Shown piece by piece: positions 11,883-25,378 of a stretch of DNA of 64,000 nt (positions are counted from its first letter, which is position 1; each line of letters opens with the position of its first letter). The DNA is from the human T2T-CHM13v2.0 reference genome, Homo sapiens. Location: NCBI RefSeq assembly GCF_009914755.1, contig NC_060928.1. One strand, written 5' to 3'. The translations under genes were made by a program, and so were the position numbers. Under the pieces are notes generated by a model that ran no database searches, was not told the origin of the DNA, and saw only the letters and a program-made list of their open reading frames with translations.

Positions 11883-13828
11883 ATGGGGAATGTTTCAAGT
11901 AAGACAGGAAAACTAAAGAGTCTAGAAAGTGATGAAATTACTTCTGATAGCCCCTTGGGGCTTATGCTGAAGTACTGGAAAGATAAAGAGAGAACCAAGT
12001 ATAAACGAAAACAGTAGATGATAAAATGTTGTTGTTTTATTTGGGTTCGAGAACCCATCCTTAAACCCTCACATTTCTGGCCAAAATTTGGGTCTAATGA
12101 GGAGCAGATTTGTCAGCTCTTAATCGAGCGTGTTAAGGATAAGAGTCCTGTCTCCCAGGAAGAAATCGTTTACGCCCTCTGTTGGCAGCAGGGGCCTGTC
12201 CTCCTTTACTCTTTAGAATCTAGAGGGAGAAAGCCAAAAACCAACCTCTCTAGAAGGGAAAGACCGGTGTCTAGACAACCCACACCCACTAACACGTGGG
12301 TCTAGATCATCTTCCTCCATTCAGTGCCCCCGATCCCGCTCCTCTGGTTTCCGTTTCAGGTCCCTCCCCTGCTTCCTCTTCCTGCTGTCCCTGATCCCGC
12401 CCCTCCGGTTCCCATTTCAGGTACTTCCCGTGCTTGCATCCCTCTTCCAGCTTTTCCGATCCCGCTCCCCCGGTTTCTGTTCCAGGCCACTCCCCAGCCT
12501 GTGCCTTCCCTCCGGCTGTGGTTTTGGGTTACTCCCTAGCCGTTTCAGGCCACTGCCTTACTTGTGTTACTTGCCGGTGTTCTATTCCCCCAGCTGCTGC
12601 TATGGATCCCTCACCCACTTGTGGTGCCTCTACTCATATTGCTCCTCCTCCCTATAATCCCGACTTTGCGGAATAACCATCTTGTGAGCCTGCCCCCACC
12701 AACCTATTAAGTATCCCTCATTAAAGGAGCTTCAACGTGAGATAGAGCAATGTAAAAAGGATATTAAAAACTTTCCATTTCTCTCCACACCTAGAGAGCC
12801 AGATCTGACTCTTTCCACTAAGAGAGGTACCACAAGGATGGGGCGGGGGGCTATTGGCTTTGTGAACGCCCCCTTGACTAGTTCGGAAGTCAGGTATTTT
12901 AAAAAGAGCCTAAGCCACTACTGGATGACCCTTATGAAGTAGCAGATCAAACTCATCAATTTCTAGGGCCTCACATATACTCTTGGGCTGAGTTGATGTC
13001 CATCTTGGGCATCCTCTTTTCTGAGGAAGAATGAAGTATGATTCGGAGGGCTGCTATGGCACTTTGGGAACGTGAGCACCCTCCTGGTCAAAATGTTCTT
13101 TCTGTGGGCTATAAATTTCCCACTCAAGACCCCCATTGGGACAGTAACAATGCAAATCACTGGGAAAATATGCAGGACCTAAGGGAGATGATAATAAAAG
13201 GAATTCAAGAATCAGTACCCCAAACTCAAAATCTTTCTAAAGCATTTGATATTCAACAGGAAAAAGATGAGGAACCCACTGGATTCTTAAATAGATTGAG
13301 GGAGCAAACGAGACAGCATGCAGGCCTTGATTTGGAAAACCCCTCAGACAAGGAATGTGAAAACTTCACTTTGTTACTAAAAGTTGGCCAGACATTTCAA
13401 AAAAATTACAAAAGATAGAAAATTGGGAGGACCATCCCCTGAGTGAATTGCTCAGGGAGGCTCAAAAAGTATATGCAAGAAGAGACAAGGAAAAACAAAA
13501 ACAAAAGACAAAACTTATGTTATCCACCTTCCAACAGATAGCTCCAAATCCGCATATCCCTAAGCAAGGCTTTCAAGGGGCCAGAGATTATAAGGGGCCT
13601 AAACCCTCCTTGAGAGGATCCAAGCCTCCATCTGGAGGGTCAAGGCCCTCATTTAATAAGCCCCCTAAGGGGTATAGGGGAGCAAGGGCAGAGAATGCTA
13701 AGACTGAGAAGGAGGAAGGACAAGATAGATATTACAGATGTGGAAGAACAGGCCACTTCAAGAGGGAATGTCCTGAACTAAAGAAAGAGAGAGAAACTTT
13801 CACACTCATGACTTTGGAAGAACAATAG
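11883..13828 (+). pseudogene. gag: HERV-I gag (disrupted)
   Basis: MGNVSSKTG start, early TAG at 12015-12017, PPPY late domain, capsid fragments, zinc knuckle YYRCGRTGHFKREC (first Cys lost), terminal TAG 13826-13828. Confidence 0.9.
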
Positions 13829-16800
13829 GGGAGTCAGGGGCTCTGCCTCTTTTATTTTGAGCCCCACCAGGAGCCCTTGATAAATTTGGAGGTGGGACCT
13901 AAACATGAATTTATCACCTTTTTACCTGATTCAGGGACTTCATGCTCCTCTGTTTGTTTCCCTCCACCTGGTCTTACCTGCTCTTCAGAAGAACTTTTAG
14001 TCTCTGGGGTAAAAGGAGAAGGATTTAAGCCAAAAATTTTAGAATGCACAGAAGTCAGATATCAAGATCGATTTACTCATTTTCAATTTTTATTAATTAC
14101 TGAAGCAGGAACTAATCTACTAGGAAGGGACTACATGCTAAGGCTAGGTATAAGGCTTCAAGTGGGTCCTAAAGGATTCCTCTCTTCACTACATTTACTT
14201 ACTGCTGTGGATGAGAAATATATTCATCCTGATGTGTGGTCAAAGGAAGGAAATCAAGGGAAACTCCAAATCCCTCCAATAAATATCAAACTAAGAGGGC
14301 AGAGTAGGGCTAAAGCCTGTAATTGAGGGTCTCATTGAAGATGGGCTTCTTGAACCCTGTATGTCTTCTTGCAATACTCCAATCCTGCCTGTCAAGAAAT
14401 CAGATGGATTGTATCAATTAGTGCAAGACCTTACAGCTATTAATCAAATAGTCCAGACCACTCACCCCACTGTTTCTAACCCTTACACCATTCTTAGCAA
14501 AATTCCATACTATCATCAGTGGTTTTACAGTGACAGATTTAAAGGATGCCTTCTGGGCATGCTGCTTGGCTGAGGATAGCCGAGATATATTCGCTTTTGA
14601 GTGGGAAGACCCCCATTCAGGGTGGAGATAACAATATCAATGGACAGTCTTGCCTGAAAGGTTCACAGACTCCCCCAACCTTTTTGGTCAGATCCTAGAA
14701 CAAGTGCTAGAGAAAGTCACAGTCCCTAAGCAGATATGTCTGCTTCAGTACATGGATGATCTTCTTACATCTGGTAAAGATATAAAGGAAGTAGGTGACT
14801 TCTCTATACATATTCTCAATCACTTGCAATGTGAGGGGTTGTGGATCTTAAAAGAGAAACTTCAATATATAGAACCTGAAGTTAAATACTTAGGTCACCT
14901 AATCAGTGCAGGTAAATGAAGAATAGGACCCGAAAGAGTGGAGGGAATTTTTTCCCTACCCCTGCCTCAAACTAAACAAGAACTCAGGAAATTTTTAGGA
15001 CTAATTGGATATTGCCATTTATGGATTGACTCATATGCATTAAAAAGTAAACTTCTATATGAGAAACTTGCCCAGTGGAAGCCTGATTGCCTCTTGTGGG
15101 CTGCTGAGGAAATCCAGCAAATTGAGGAATTAAAAGAGATGCTCATAACCACCCCTGTTCTAGCTCTACCCTCCCTAGAAAAGCCATTTCACCTTTTTGT
15201 TAACGTAAATAATGGGGTAGCTCTAGCAGTGCTTACCCAAGAGCATGGAGTCTGTTGACAGCCCATGACCTTCTTGTCAAAGGTCTTAGACCCAGTCACT
15301 CGTGGGTGGCCCCAATGTAGCCAGTCCATCATAGCTACAGCAGTATTAGTTGAAGAAAGTAGGAAATTAACCTTTGGAGGAAAATTAACAGTAGGCACAC
15401 CCCAGCAAGTTAGAACTATTTTAAATCAGAAAGCAGGAAGGTGGATCACTGACTCAAGGATTTTAAAATATGAGGCTATCCTACTGGAAAAAGATGATTT
15501 AATATTAACTACTGATAATTCACTTAATCCAGCAGGCTTTTTAACAGGGAATCCAAAATTAAAAAGAGAGCACGCCTGTTTAGATCTTATTGATTACCAT
15601 ACAAAAGTTTGACCAGAATTAGGAGAAACTCCCTTCAAAACAGGGTGGCACTAATATATTCATAGATGAGCCGTCCAAGGTAATTGAAGGGAAAAGACAT
15701 AATGGGTATTCAGTGATTGATGGAGAAATGCTTGAAGAAGTAGAATCAGGAAGACTGCCTAACAATTGGTCTGCCCAGACATGTGAACTGTCTGCACTCA
15801 ACCAAGCTTTAGAACATTTACAAAACAAAGAAGGAAGTATCTATACTGACTCTAAGAATGCCTTTGGGATGGCACACACATTTGGAAAAATTTGGATGGA
15901 GAAGGGTCTTATCAATAGTAGAGTCCAAGATTTAGTTCATGGAGAACTAATTGCCCATGTCCTTAACAGTCTCCAATTGCCAGAAGAGATAGCTATTGTG
16001 CATGTCCCAGGGCATCAAAGGGACTTGTCTTTCACAAGTCAGGGAAATAATCTCACAGATCAGATAGCAAAGCAAGTTGCCATTTCTTCTCAAACGCCTG
16101 TTTTTCATTTAACTCCATGCCTTCCTTCTCCTACTGCAACCTCCATTTTTTCTTCCATTGAACTAAAGAGAATGCAGAAGGGAAATGGATATCACCAGAT
16201 CAAACGGAGATGTCAAAACCTCTCATGAGGGAGGTCTTGTGTCTATTACGTCAGGGGAACCACTGGGGACCCCAAGCAATGTGCAATGCAGTTCTCCAGG
16301 TTTATGGGTGTATAGGAATTTACACCCTGGCTAAACAAGTTGTAGATAGTTGCTTAATATGTAAAAAGACTAATAAGCAGATTCTAAGGAAATCACCCCT
16401 TGGAGGAAGGAATCCAGGGCTAAGACCATTTCAAAGTGTCCAGATTGTTTATACTGAAATGCCCCCAATTGGTCATTTAAAATACTTATTAGTAATAATA
16501 GACCACTTTACCCACTTGGTAGAGGCTATCTCATTCTCAAGTGCAACCGCCAGTAATGTAGTTAAGGTGTTAATTGAAAACATTGCACCCAGATTTGGAC
16601 TAGTAGAAAATATTGATTCAGAAAATGGAACCCATTTCACTGTACATGTCATTAAGAAGTTAGCCCAGGTACTAGATATAAATTGGGAATACCATACCCC
16701 TTGACATCCATCCTCCTCAGGAGGAATAGAGTGGATGAATCAGACTCTAAAAAACTACTTAACTAAGTTAGCTTTAGAAACTCGATTGCCATGGATTAAA

Positions 16801-17258
16801 TGTCTTCCTATTGCTTTGTTAAGAATCAAGACTGCCCCTCGGAGAGATATTGGCCTTCCCTTTATGAAACGCTTTATAGATTGCCCTACTTACACTCCAA
16901 TGCTGACATCCCTACATTTGAAACAAAAGACCAGTTCCTCAAAAATTATATACTTGCTCTAGACTCTACTTTCTCTTTCCTTAAGACTAAAGGTCTCCTA
17001 GCACAGGTGCCACACCTGGAGTTTCCAGCATATCAGCATCAGCCTGGAGACTATGTCCTCATCAAAGGGTGGAAAGAAAGGAAACTCGAACCACCTTGTG
17101 AAGGACCTTGTTTTCCTAAGTACTGAGACTGCAGTCTGAGCAGTGGAAAGAGGACGGACTTATCACACCCAAGTCAAAAGGCGCCACCACCTCCAGAATC
17201 ATGGACTGTCACTCCAGGGCTCACCCACACCAAACTAACTCTAAAAAGAGCTTCATAA
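13829..17258 (+). pseudogene. pol: HERV-I pro-pol (protease, RT, RNase H, integrase; disrupted)
   Basis: DSGT protease motif, NTPILPVKK, LPERFTDSP, YMDD at 14749-14760, IYTDSK and HVPGHQ (RNase H), HWG...CLIC zinc finger and IDSENGTHF (integrase); many stops and frameshifts. Confidence 0.92.
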
Positions 17259-19197
17259 TCACTTGTTTATTTTTTTTTTCTTTTCCACATAAGGTCATCT
17301 TGTCATCAATGTAACTCAGGCTAGCCATCCTTTAACCCTTCAGCTTGACGCCTGTTCAGTCATCCCATGCGGAGATGAGCAAGCTCAAGGAAGCTATCCC
17401 ATTTTGGTAAGTATCTATGTCCATACTGCAAAGAGTCAACCAAGTATAAGTATAGAGCTTTAAAAGGTCCCTGTAGTGACTGGGCAGATGTTTGGTGGAC
17501 CACTAAGTACAAAGGGTGGACAGCCAAGCCCCCTGCTTCAAATAGGTTACAGGGACTAAAATGAAAACTCCAAGTAGTTCGTGGTCCCAGCCCACCAAAT
17601 TGTAAGCCATTGCACTGTAACCCCTTGTTGCTGGTAATAAATAATCCCTGGACAATGGCCCAAGAACTCTCTATATTTGAACGGTATGGGTTAGGAGCAG
17701 ACTTTGAAGGACAGGACCCTATAGGAATCTTCTCCATAAGGTTAGTTAAACCACTAGTTAATAATAATAAAGGAGTTCAGACCCAGAGTCCAGGAGACAC
17801 ATGGAACCCAACACTCTCCCCAAGTATAGCGAGTCCAATGTCTTCCTCCCATCTCCAAAATGATCCAACCAAGGTAACAGTTGCGAAAGTAGAAAACTTA
17901 AGGCAAACTATAGCTCTAGAGACAGTATATCAAGAAGCAAATGCTTGGCTGGAATGGATTAAATATTCCATCTGCACTTTAAACAAAAGTGAATGTTATG
18001 CTTGTGTGCATGGTAGACCAGAGGCCCAGAGTGTCCCCTTTCCACTTGGATGGTCTTCCAGCTGACTGGGCATGAGCTGTATGGTAGCTCTCTTCCAAAA
18101 CCCCTCAGCCTGGGGCAACAAATCATGCCAAGCTCTTTCTCTGCTGTTCCCTGCTGTTCCCTGCAGGTCAGCCCCCAAGGGCCATTCAGCATCCATCTCC
18201 CAATGCCAATTTTACTTTGTGTCTCTCACGACAGGGAGAAAACTTGGCATTCCTGGGGGCCTTAACAGGATGCAGTGAGCTTAAGCCCTTCCAAGAGCTT
18301 ACCCATCAGTCTGCCCTTAGCCATCCTTGAGCAGATGTGTGGTGGTATCATGGTGGACCAATACTGGACACTCTGCCAAGTAACTGGAGTGGAATTTGTA
18401 CTCTAATTCAATTGGCCATCCCTTTCACCCTGGCGTTTCATCAACCAGAAAGGATAGGAACCAAACACCGTCAGACAAGGGAAACCCCTCATTGGTCCTT
18501 CAGTTCTCATGTTTATATAGATGCCACTGGGGTCCCAAGAGGAGTGCCAAATGAATTTAAGGCCCAAAGTCAAATAACTGCCAGATTTGAATCTACGTTC
18601 TTCTGGTGGTTAACTGTAAATAAAAATGTGAATTGGATAAATTACATTTACTACAATCAACAACAATTTATTAATTATACTAGAGATGTTATTAAAGGGA
18701 TAGCTGAACAATTAGGACCCACCAGCCAAATGGCCTGGGAAAATAGAATAGCATTAAACGTGATACTAGCAAAGGAGGGTGGAGTTTGTGTCATGATCGG
18801 GACCCAATACTGTACTTATATCCCTAATAATACTGCTCCTGGTGGGACCATAACTAAAGCATTACAAGGTCTTACTGCCTTATCAAGGGAGCTAGCCAAA
18901 AATTCTGGACTAAAAGATCCCTTCACAAATTTAATGGGAAATTGGTTCGGTAGATGAAAGGGATTTATGTCCTCAATCCTCATCTCTCTGGCCATCAGAA
19001 TAGGGTTGCTTATTCTTGTAGGATGCTGTATTATACCCTGTGCCTGAGGATTAATACAAAGACTTATTGAAACAGCTCTCACTAAAACCTCTTATGATCC
19101 TCCTCCCCCTCATTCAAATGAGCTTTTCCTTCTAGAAGACCAAGTAGAACAATGGAGCCAAATTATGCTAAAAAGATTTGTAGAGAAAGAGTTATAA
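17201..19197 (+). pseudogene. env: HERV-I env (disrupted)
   Basis: CYAC motif in SU, furin site RQTR, immunosuppressive-like ENRIALNVILAKEGGVC, CX6CC mutated to CX6YC, hydrophobic TM; stops and frameshifts. Confidence 0.9.
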
Positions 19198-19215
19198 AAA
19201 GAAGAAGGGGAAAGC

Positions 19216-19726
19216 TGTGGGATATGGTGCGGTTTCTCTTCAAATAGCCTGATCGATCATTTATTCTTTAATACATAGTGCCCCCCCCCAACCCCATTTT
19301 CCTTTTTCTCTTTTTCTCCTTTCTGCCTTTGCTACATGCCCGGGGACGTCACAGTACCAGGCTTATCAGTACCAGCTCACATTCCTTTCCTTTTTTGGAA
19401 AGAAGACTAGCTCTCTAGCTCATTGCAGACACCCCTTCCCCTTTTCCCCTCTCTCCCTTACGTGCCCACCTTATCTAAAGAAAGTTCAAATGTCTAGCCA
19501 ACGGGGATTAGTTCAGATTATGTGACCCGGCCACAGCCAATGGGGAAAGGGTACAGGGGCAGGACTTGCATCAGGAATAAAGGCTCTTGTGCCTCTTTGT
19601 TCAGGTGTGCTCTCATGGCGACTGGGCAAGGAGAAGCACCCCTCTGTGCAGAAGTAAAATTGCTTTGCTAAGAATCCTTTGTTTGAGTGTTCAATCTCCT
19701 TAGGATTTTGAGCATTATTCCCAACA
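19216..19726 (+). mobile_element. 3' LTR (LTR10B-like), preceded by a polypurine tract
   Basis: PPT aaaagaagaaggggaaag then TGTGGGATATG...CCCAACA; roughly 8% different from the 5' LTR by eye. Confidence 0.93.
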
Positions 19727-19870
19727 CCAATGAAGAAAAGAGTTTTAAAAATAATGTTCGTAAAGGATTAATGACCTGGAAAATAGATAGTTGGGAAAGA
19801 AAATAAACATTGACAAGCACATGTCTGTAGTGAAAAAGCACACCCTGCTACTTTCACCCCACATACAAAC

Positions 19871-20382
19871 TGTGGATGCCAGCTCAGACCCACCTGCTGG
19901 GATTCACACCCTTGTGTAGTTCTCCCCACACGTAGCAGGGTTTTTTTGTATGAACAACAGCATACAGCAAAAGTGATGGTCCTGTCACTTCTCAGATTAG
20001 GGTATAAGAAACTGCAGCTTTCATCTTAAGTGTGTGCTTGTGCTCTCTCTCTCACTCTCTCTCATTTCATTTGCATAGGGGAGCCAACTGCCATGTCATA
20101 AGGACACTCAGGCAGTCCAGGAAGAGACCCACAGGGTTAAAAAAAAATACCATTTCTGACCAACAGCCAGGGCTTGGAATCAGATCCTCCCCTATTTGAA
20201 TCTTCAGGGTAGCATGACTGTAGCTCAGGCTAACAGCTTCCTCTGACGAGAGACTGAGCCAAATCCACGCAGATCCTTCACACCCAACTCCTGCCCCATA
20301 GAAAGTGAGATAATCTGTGTTTGCTGTTTTAAGCTCTTAGGTTTCAGAGTTATTTGCTATATAGCAATAGATAACTAATACA
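19871..20382 (+). mobile_element. MaLR solo LTR (MLT1F-like)
   Basis: attcacacccttgtgtagt...ttgctgttttaagc...atagcaatagataactaataca. Confidence 0.75.
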
Positions 20383-22309
20383 CATTCAGACACATACATC
20401 TAGGATTAACTCAAATATTTATTGACCACCTATGTATTCAATGATTGTAGCAAGATTTTTTTACCTAAAATTGTCCATATCATCTTCCTCAAGAATGTTA
20501 ATTGCTTTTCCCATATATTTGGTGTTTTGCATGCATCATCTGTTTTCTGATAAACCCGTTTAACTGGAATAAGAACTCAGAAATAGACTTAAAGAGCGTG
20601 TATATATTCTGAAGAGTTTTTACTAACATTATCTGAGAGAAAATTATAGGCCTTAAAAAAGCATGGTTTGTTACAAATAAGTGATAGTTATAAGCCTCAG
20701 TGGACATCACAACGAACAGTGATTTTTGTGTTTTCTTAAAACTCTGGATGAACCATTAGAAAAATTCATCAATTCTGTAGTCATTTTTTTACAAGTCTTA
20801 CATTTTGCCAATAAATAGATAACTATTTATGAACTTTTACTTTTCCTTTTCTTTTTTGCTGTAAAGAGACTGGACCACGGATGGTATGTAGATGAAGAAG
20901 ATGCAATAGTGAAAAGTGTCACATATAGTTGATTCTATGAAATACTGCCAAGGAATGGTTGCTATGTTTTCTCACAGCTTTTTACAAAAAACGTGCAAGA
21001 TAGAATTTTCTACTGAGATTTGAATTTAATCCTTAAAGCCTTAAAAACTTTCAAATAGAACTAAAAATCAACTCATCTTGGCTTAACTAAAAGTTTGAGG
21101 AGCACATAATATAGATTCTATATCTAGTTGGTGACTTTTAATGAATTAAAATGTGAAGAGACCATAAAAGCAAACAAAATTTCTTTGCCATCATCCAACA
21201 TCTTACAAAGTCATGAAAACAAAGTTCTTCTGAGACAGGGAAAGGGTAAGCAAATTATTTTTCAAGTGTCTAACTCATCATTCAAATGTTTGGCAGCACC
21301 TTTCACTTATTGCAAAATTTGACTGGACCATTAAGCAAAGAGATATTTGTCCAATGGGGACCATCTGTTGGAAAGAGGAGAAAGAAAAGCAAGAACAGAG
21401 ACACCACTAGAGATAGTAGAACAGTCATGTCCTTTGAGAAGTTCTTTTTGACTTTCTCACAGGGTCTTGATGTTCTCTTGTTCTGGAAAGCCTCACTACC
21501 TGCCTGCTCCCCAACCAGCTGTAAGCAGCTCATTCTATCATGTTTACTGTTAAGACTAAGTAAATAAAGGTCAATTTTCCAGCCCTCATAACCCAGTGGG
21601 TCAGACTTTAAAACTGTATGAATTCTATTTCTACAGGCCTAATAAATTTAGAGAATCATAAGATCCCCTGCAAAATACCTAAAAAATTGACTCTACACTT
21701 CCAGGAGCCTTTGTTTCTAAATTCTGTGTATGCAGTACTTGAGGGCAGAAAAGTAGACTTATCTGCTTTGTAATGACAAATCTACCTGATCTTAATTTGG
21801 GATAATAGGCTGCTTACAATTGTCTTTCTTATTATAAGCTATGTATCATCTCTTATTTCTTTAGCTTGTTTTTGCTCTTACTTTTTTAAAGTTATAATTC
21901 CCATGACCTTGGTAATGAGGAATGGGAGGATGAGGGGTTACTGCAGTAGAGTTTAAAATGCTAAGCTTTAAGATGTTAGGCCATAATATCCTTTGTGACA
22001 ATACCGTGGGATGGCTTGCTGCCTTCAGATCCACATTTAGAACACTATTGAAGTACATAGAATTAGACCACCTATTTAAGAATAAATTAGTTTCTTCTAC
22101 TATAGAATATGTCTATCAAAGAGGTTTATCTGGCCGAAACACCACATAAATGAAGATTTGATGAATACCAAGACAGCAAATAATAGATCATCCATTATCA
22201 TATGCAAATACTAAAAGAAATGAAACCTCAAAACACCCAACCTAGTGCTTACCTAACACATGTTTATACTAAGCTTGTCACCACTGAGAAATACCTAAAG
22301 ATCAAATCT

Positions 22310-22377
22310 TCAGCTCCTGGCAGTACTCAGCATGGTACCTTGTACATAATAGGTGCTCAATAGGTATTTGTGGAAGA
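22310..22377 (+). mobile_element. L2 3' tail
   Basis: gtacataataggtgctcaataggtatttgtggaa. Confidence 0.6.
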
Positions 22378-22466
22378 CGGGAGAGGGAGGGAGGGAAGGA
22401 GGGAGGGAGGGAGGAAGGAAGAAATGGAAGGAAGGAAGGAAGGAAGGAAGGAAGGAAGGAAGGAAG
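22378..22466. repeat. (GGGA)n/(GGAA)n microsatellite
   Basis: Direct observation; attached to the L2 tail. Confidence 0.95.
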
Positions 22467-25335
22467 AGTTGGCAGCAAGGCACAATGCAGCTAACAACCA
22501 CATAATACAACTAAAAGACAACTGATTCTATTAAGCTATTCAGTCCACCAGGCTCTATAAGGATTTATCGCCCCTCCCTCCTCCACCCCCAGGGATCTAT
22601 AGAGGTCAATACAATGTGAATTTACTTAACTCTAAGACACACTGTCCCAGAACTATTTCACTTTTCAAAGTAAGTAATTATTCATTCCCTTATGTGGTGG
22701 AAGAGAGGTAAAGATGGGGGAATAAAAAGACAGGGCAAGGCTCATTTATTGACAAAGAAATACAGAGTCTCCTGTATTCTCTCACCTCAAATGCCTCCCA
22801 ACTTTAGGCCAATCCTACAGGCAAAGGAGGTGGGAGCAAATGAGTTAGCTTGGTCACTTTTGGTGATTGTCAAAAAAAAAAAAAAAAAAAAAACCCTAAA
22901 TATTTTCCCCAAATGTTTTGCAATCAGTAATACCCAACCACAACGTGCCAAGCCTTTTTTCTCTTAGTTCTTCAAACCCATGTGTATTCCAAGGCAAATG
23001 TAATCCATGTGTCTCTGATTTGTTTTCACTTAAATCATTATAAAAAGTTAAGCTTTTTCAAAGAATGTTCAACATCTCTTTTGTGTGTTCCTCATGATCC
23101 TCCTTTAGGATTCTAGTTAAGAAGGTAGCGTTTCGAAGAGATATGCAGACAGAACCCTGAATAATTGATCAGAACTTGGGACTTACCAATCTGTGCATGG
23201 ATTTTTGTCTCTGTATGCAGGAAAACATGAATTTGTTCAAACACTGAGAATCAAAGGACAAGTAGAGTTCTTATAGAAAATTCACTAAATTGACCTATTT
23301 ATTTACAATACCTTTTAGAGCTCTATAATTAGGCCTGGCTAATTTGGACTCCTCTTCGGGTACCTCTTTTAGACTACTCCAGTAAGGTACTTGAAGTAGT
23401 GCATGTAAGAAAAAACTTTCTTGGGGATATCTAGGAAAATGTAAAAGATGAGCAAGCAACTCAGGCACTAGAAGCATTAAGTTCATGATTTCTTTAGACA
23501 ATGTTCTTTAATATGGTACAAGATAAGCACTCATCACATATGATAGCTTGCCTTATCATAACAATATAGTGAACTAAAGACTCTAAAGCCACGAGAAGCT
23601 CACTGTGAAGCTAAATTCATTAGGTTTCAGGGTGTGGACTTTGTTCCTCTAAATTAGGACCATTCTAAGCTAATTAGGGAAAGATATAGCCTGCCTTCTG
23701 CCATTCTCATTTTCTACTGCAGGCTCCTCTCAGTGGTGGTGGTGTGCTATGGGAAAGGGATACCTTCACAGTGAGTCTACGTGTTTAAAATAAATACTTA
23801 TAAAAAGTATTGGAAAAGTTTATATTTCTTGTTCCAAATAGAGAATAACAAAGTAATAAAGCAAAACCTTTTTGACCGCATCTGCAGTTTAAAAAACAAA
23901 ACAAAGAAACAAAAATAAAAAAGCTTAAAAGCTATTGCCTTGAAATCACCCAGAAAGGAGGCCAGCTCCTTCAAAGTGAAAGTGAACAAAGTGAACCTGA
24001 CATTTGAGGAATAAGCACAGAACAAACAAACCAACAAAAAAGTAGGAGAAATGTGCTTCATCAGTGCTTATTTGCTCTAGTTTGTCATTTTATGCTCTCA
24101 ACAATCCAGTACATTTATTCCATGGATCTAATCTCAAGTTGTGGCAGTCCCACTTTTATAAGGTAGCAACCTGACCTTTCTTTCCCTCCCTAGTCTGTGA
24201 GGATGTGGCACGTGAGCTCAGAAAGCCACAGTACAACCCAAGCAATGGCTACCCAGGAAGAGACACAGTGGGAGGATCTGCTGCACAGATCAGCAACCAT
24301 CTGGATCGAGTCACTGGATGCTGGCATCTGATGCAAGGAGGAAGCTGCAGAGACATCTGGGACACCCTGTCATAAACCTAGTTTCTGACCCAGACTTGCA
24401 ACACTGGACTCATTTCACTGGGGAAAAGGAAGGTCTTGATTTATTTTCAATTATGTTTATCCCTATCAGGAAAAGCCTCAGATACCCTTTTGCTTCTTTG
24501 GAGAAGCCCACAATTATGAGCCATAAAAGGCAAGTTATTTGTAATAAAACAAGACAGCACCACATATACCAGGGTTATTTGCCATTGCTGGATGTGGTTC
24601 AGATAAGGTCTAGCCAAATGTCCGGCTTAGTCTAGATACAGCCTGAAAGAAAACATTATTTTATTTGAACTTGACTATCATTTTGCCCTTGAAATTAAAG
24701 AAACTCAAATTCTATGGTCAGGAAATTGATTTTAACAAGACAAAATCTGTGTCCTTTAAAAAAAATGGAAAAGAACTCACAAAAGCCTATTCATGATTAC
24801 TTGCACTAGCATCCTTTTTTTTTCTTAATGAAATTGATGCCTCTTCTAGTAAGCCTTGGTTCCAAGGATGTTCTTCAACTTTCCTTTTCTTCTCAGAGCT
24901 CTTTGTTCTTACAGCATGCCCATTGCCATTACTTCTCCCCATTCTATAGCGATTCATGCTGATTAACAGCAAATATATCAACAGATTCAGACTTGAACAT
25001 CTTGTATCCACTCCTTAAGAAATTCATTTGTTCTCTTAGTTTTTTGGTATTATACCAGATCTATATTTCCAGAACCATGATTATTTTATCTCCAGTTTTA
25101 TGGTTATCACTGATCCTTGTCAGTTATCACTGACATCACATTCTCATGCATACCTAAAAATTCAGTTAAATGGGCTGAACTCAATGGGGTGCAGTCAGAA
25201 AACAGTTTTATTTTTCTGCACTACCATTTTTGATTGCTCTCTGTAGAGGCACTTCAGACAAAGGAAGCAATACAGAGCAGTGGTGAAAAGTCCAGATTCA
25301 GGAGAAGTAAATCAGTCTCAATCTCAGCTCTGACA

Positions 25336-25373
25336 ACACACACACACACACACACATACACATACACACACAC
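25336..25373. repeat. (CA)n microsatellite next to a short MIR fragment
   Basis: Direct observation. Confidence 0.9.
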
Positions 25374-25378
25374 AGGGA

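Larger units (their letters stand above)
10696..19726 (+). mobile_element. Full-length decayed HERV-I group provirus (LTR10B-like LTRs)
   Basis: Two ~500-bp direct-repeat LTRs TG...CA, 5-bp TSD ccaat (10691-10695, 19727-19731), PBS, gag, pro, pol, env and PPT in order. Confidence 0.95.

Noticed and set aside
18337-18957. 206-aa env ORF (and the 187-aa ORF at 49973-50536) as a domesticated syncytin-like gene
   Set aside because: Upstream SU is broken by stops and frameshifts. The first ORF stops before the TM anchor and has CX6YC; the second starts at GTG with no signal peptide.
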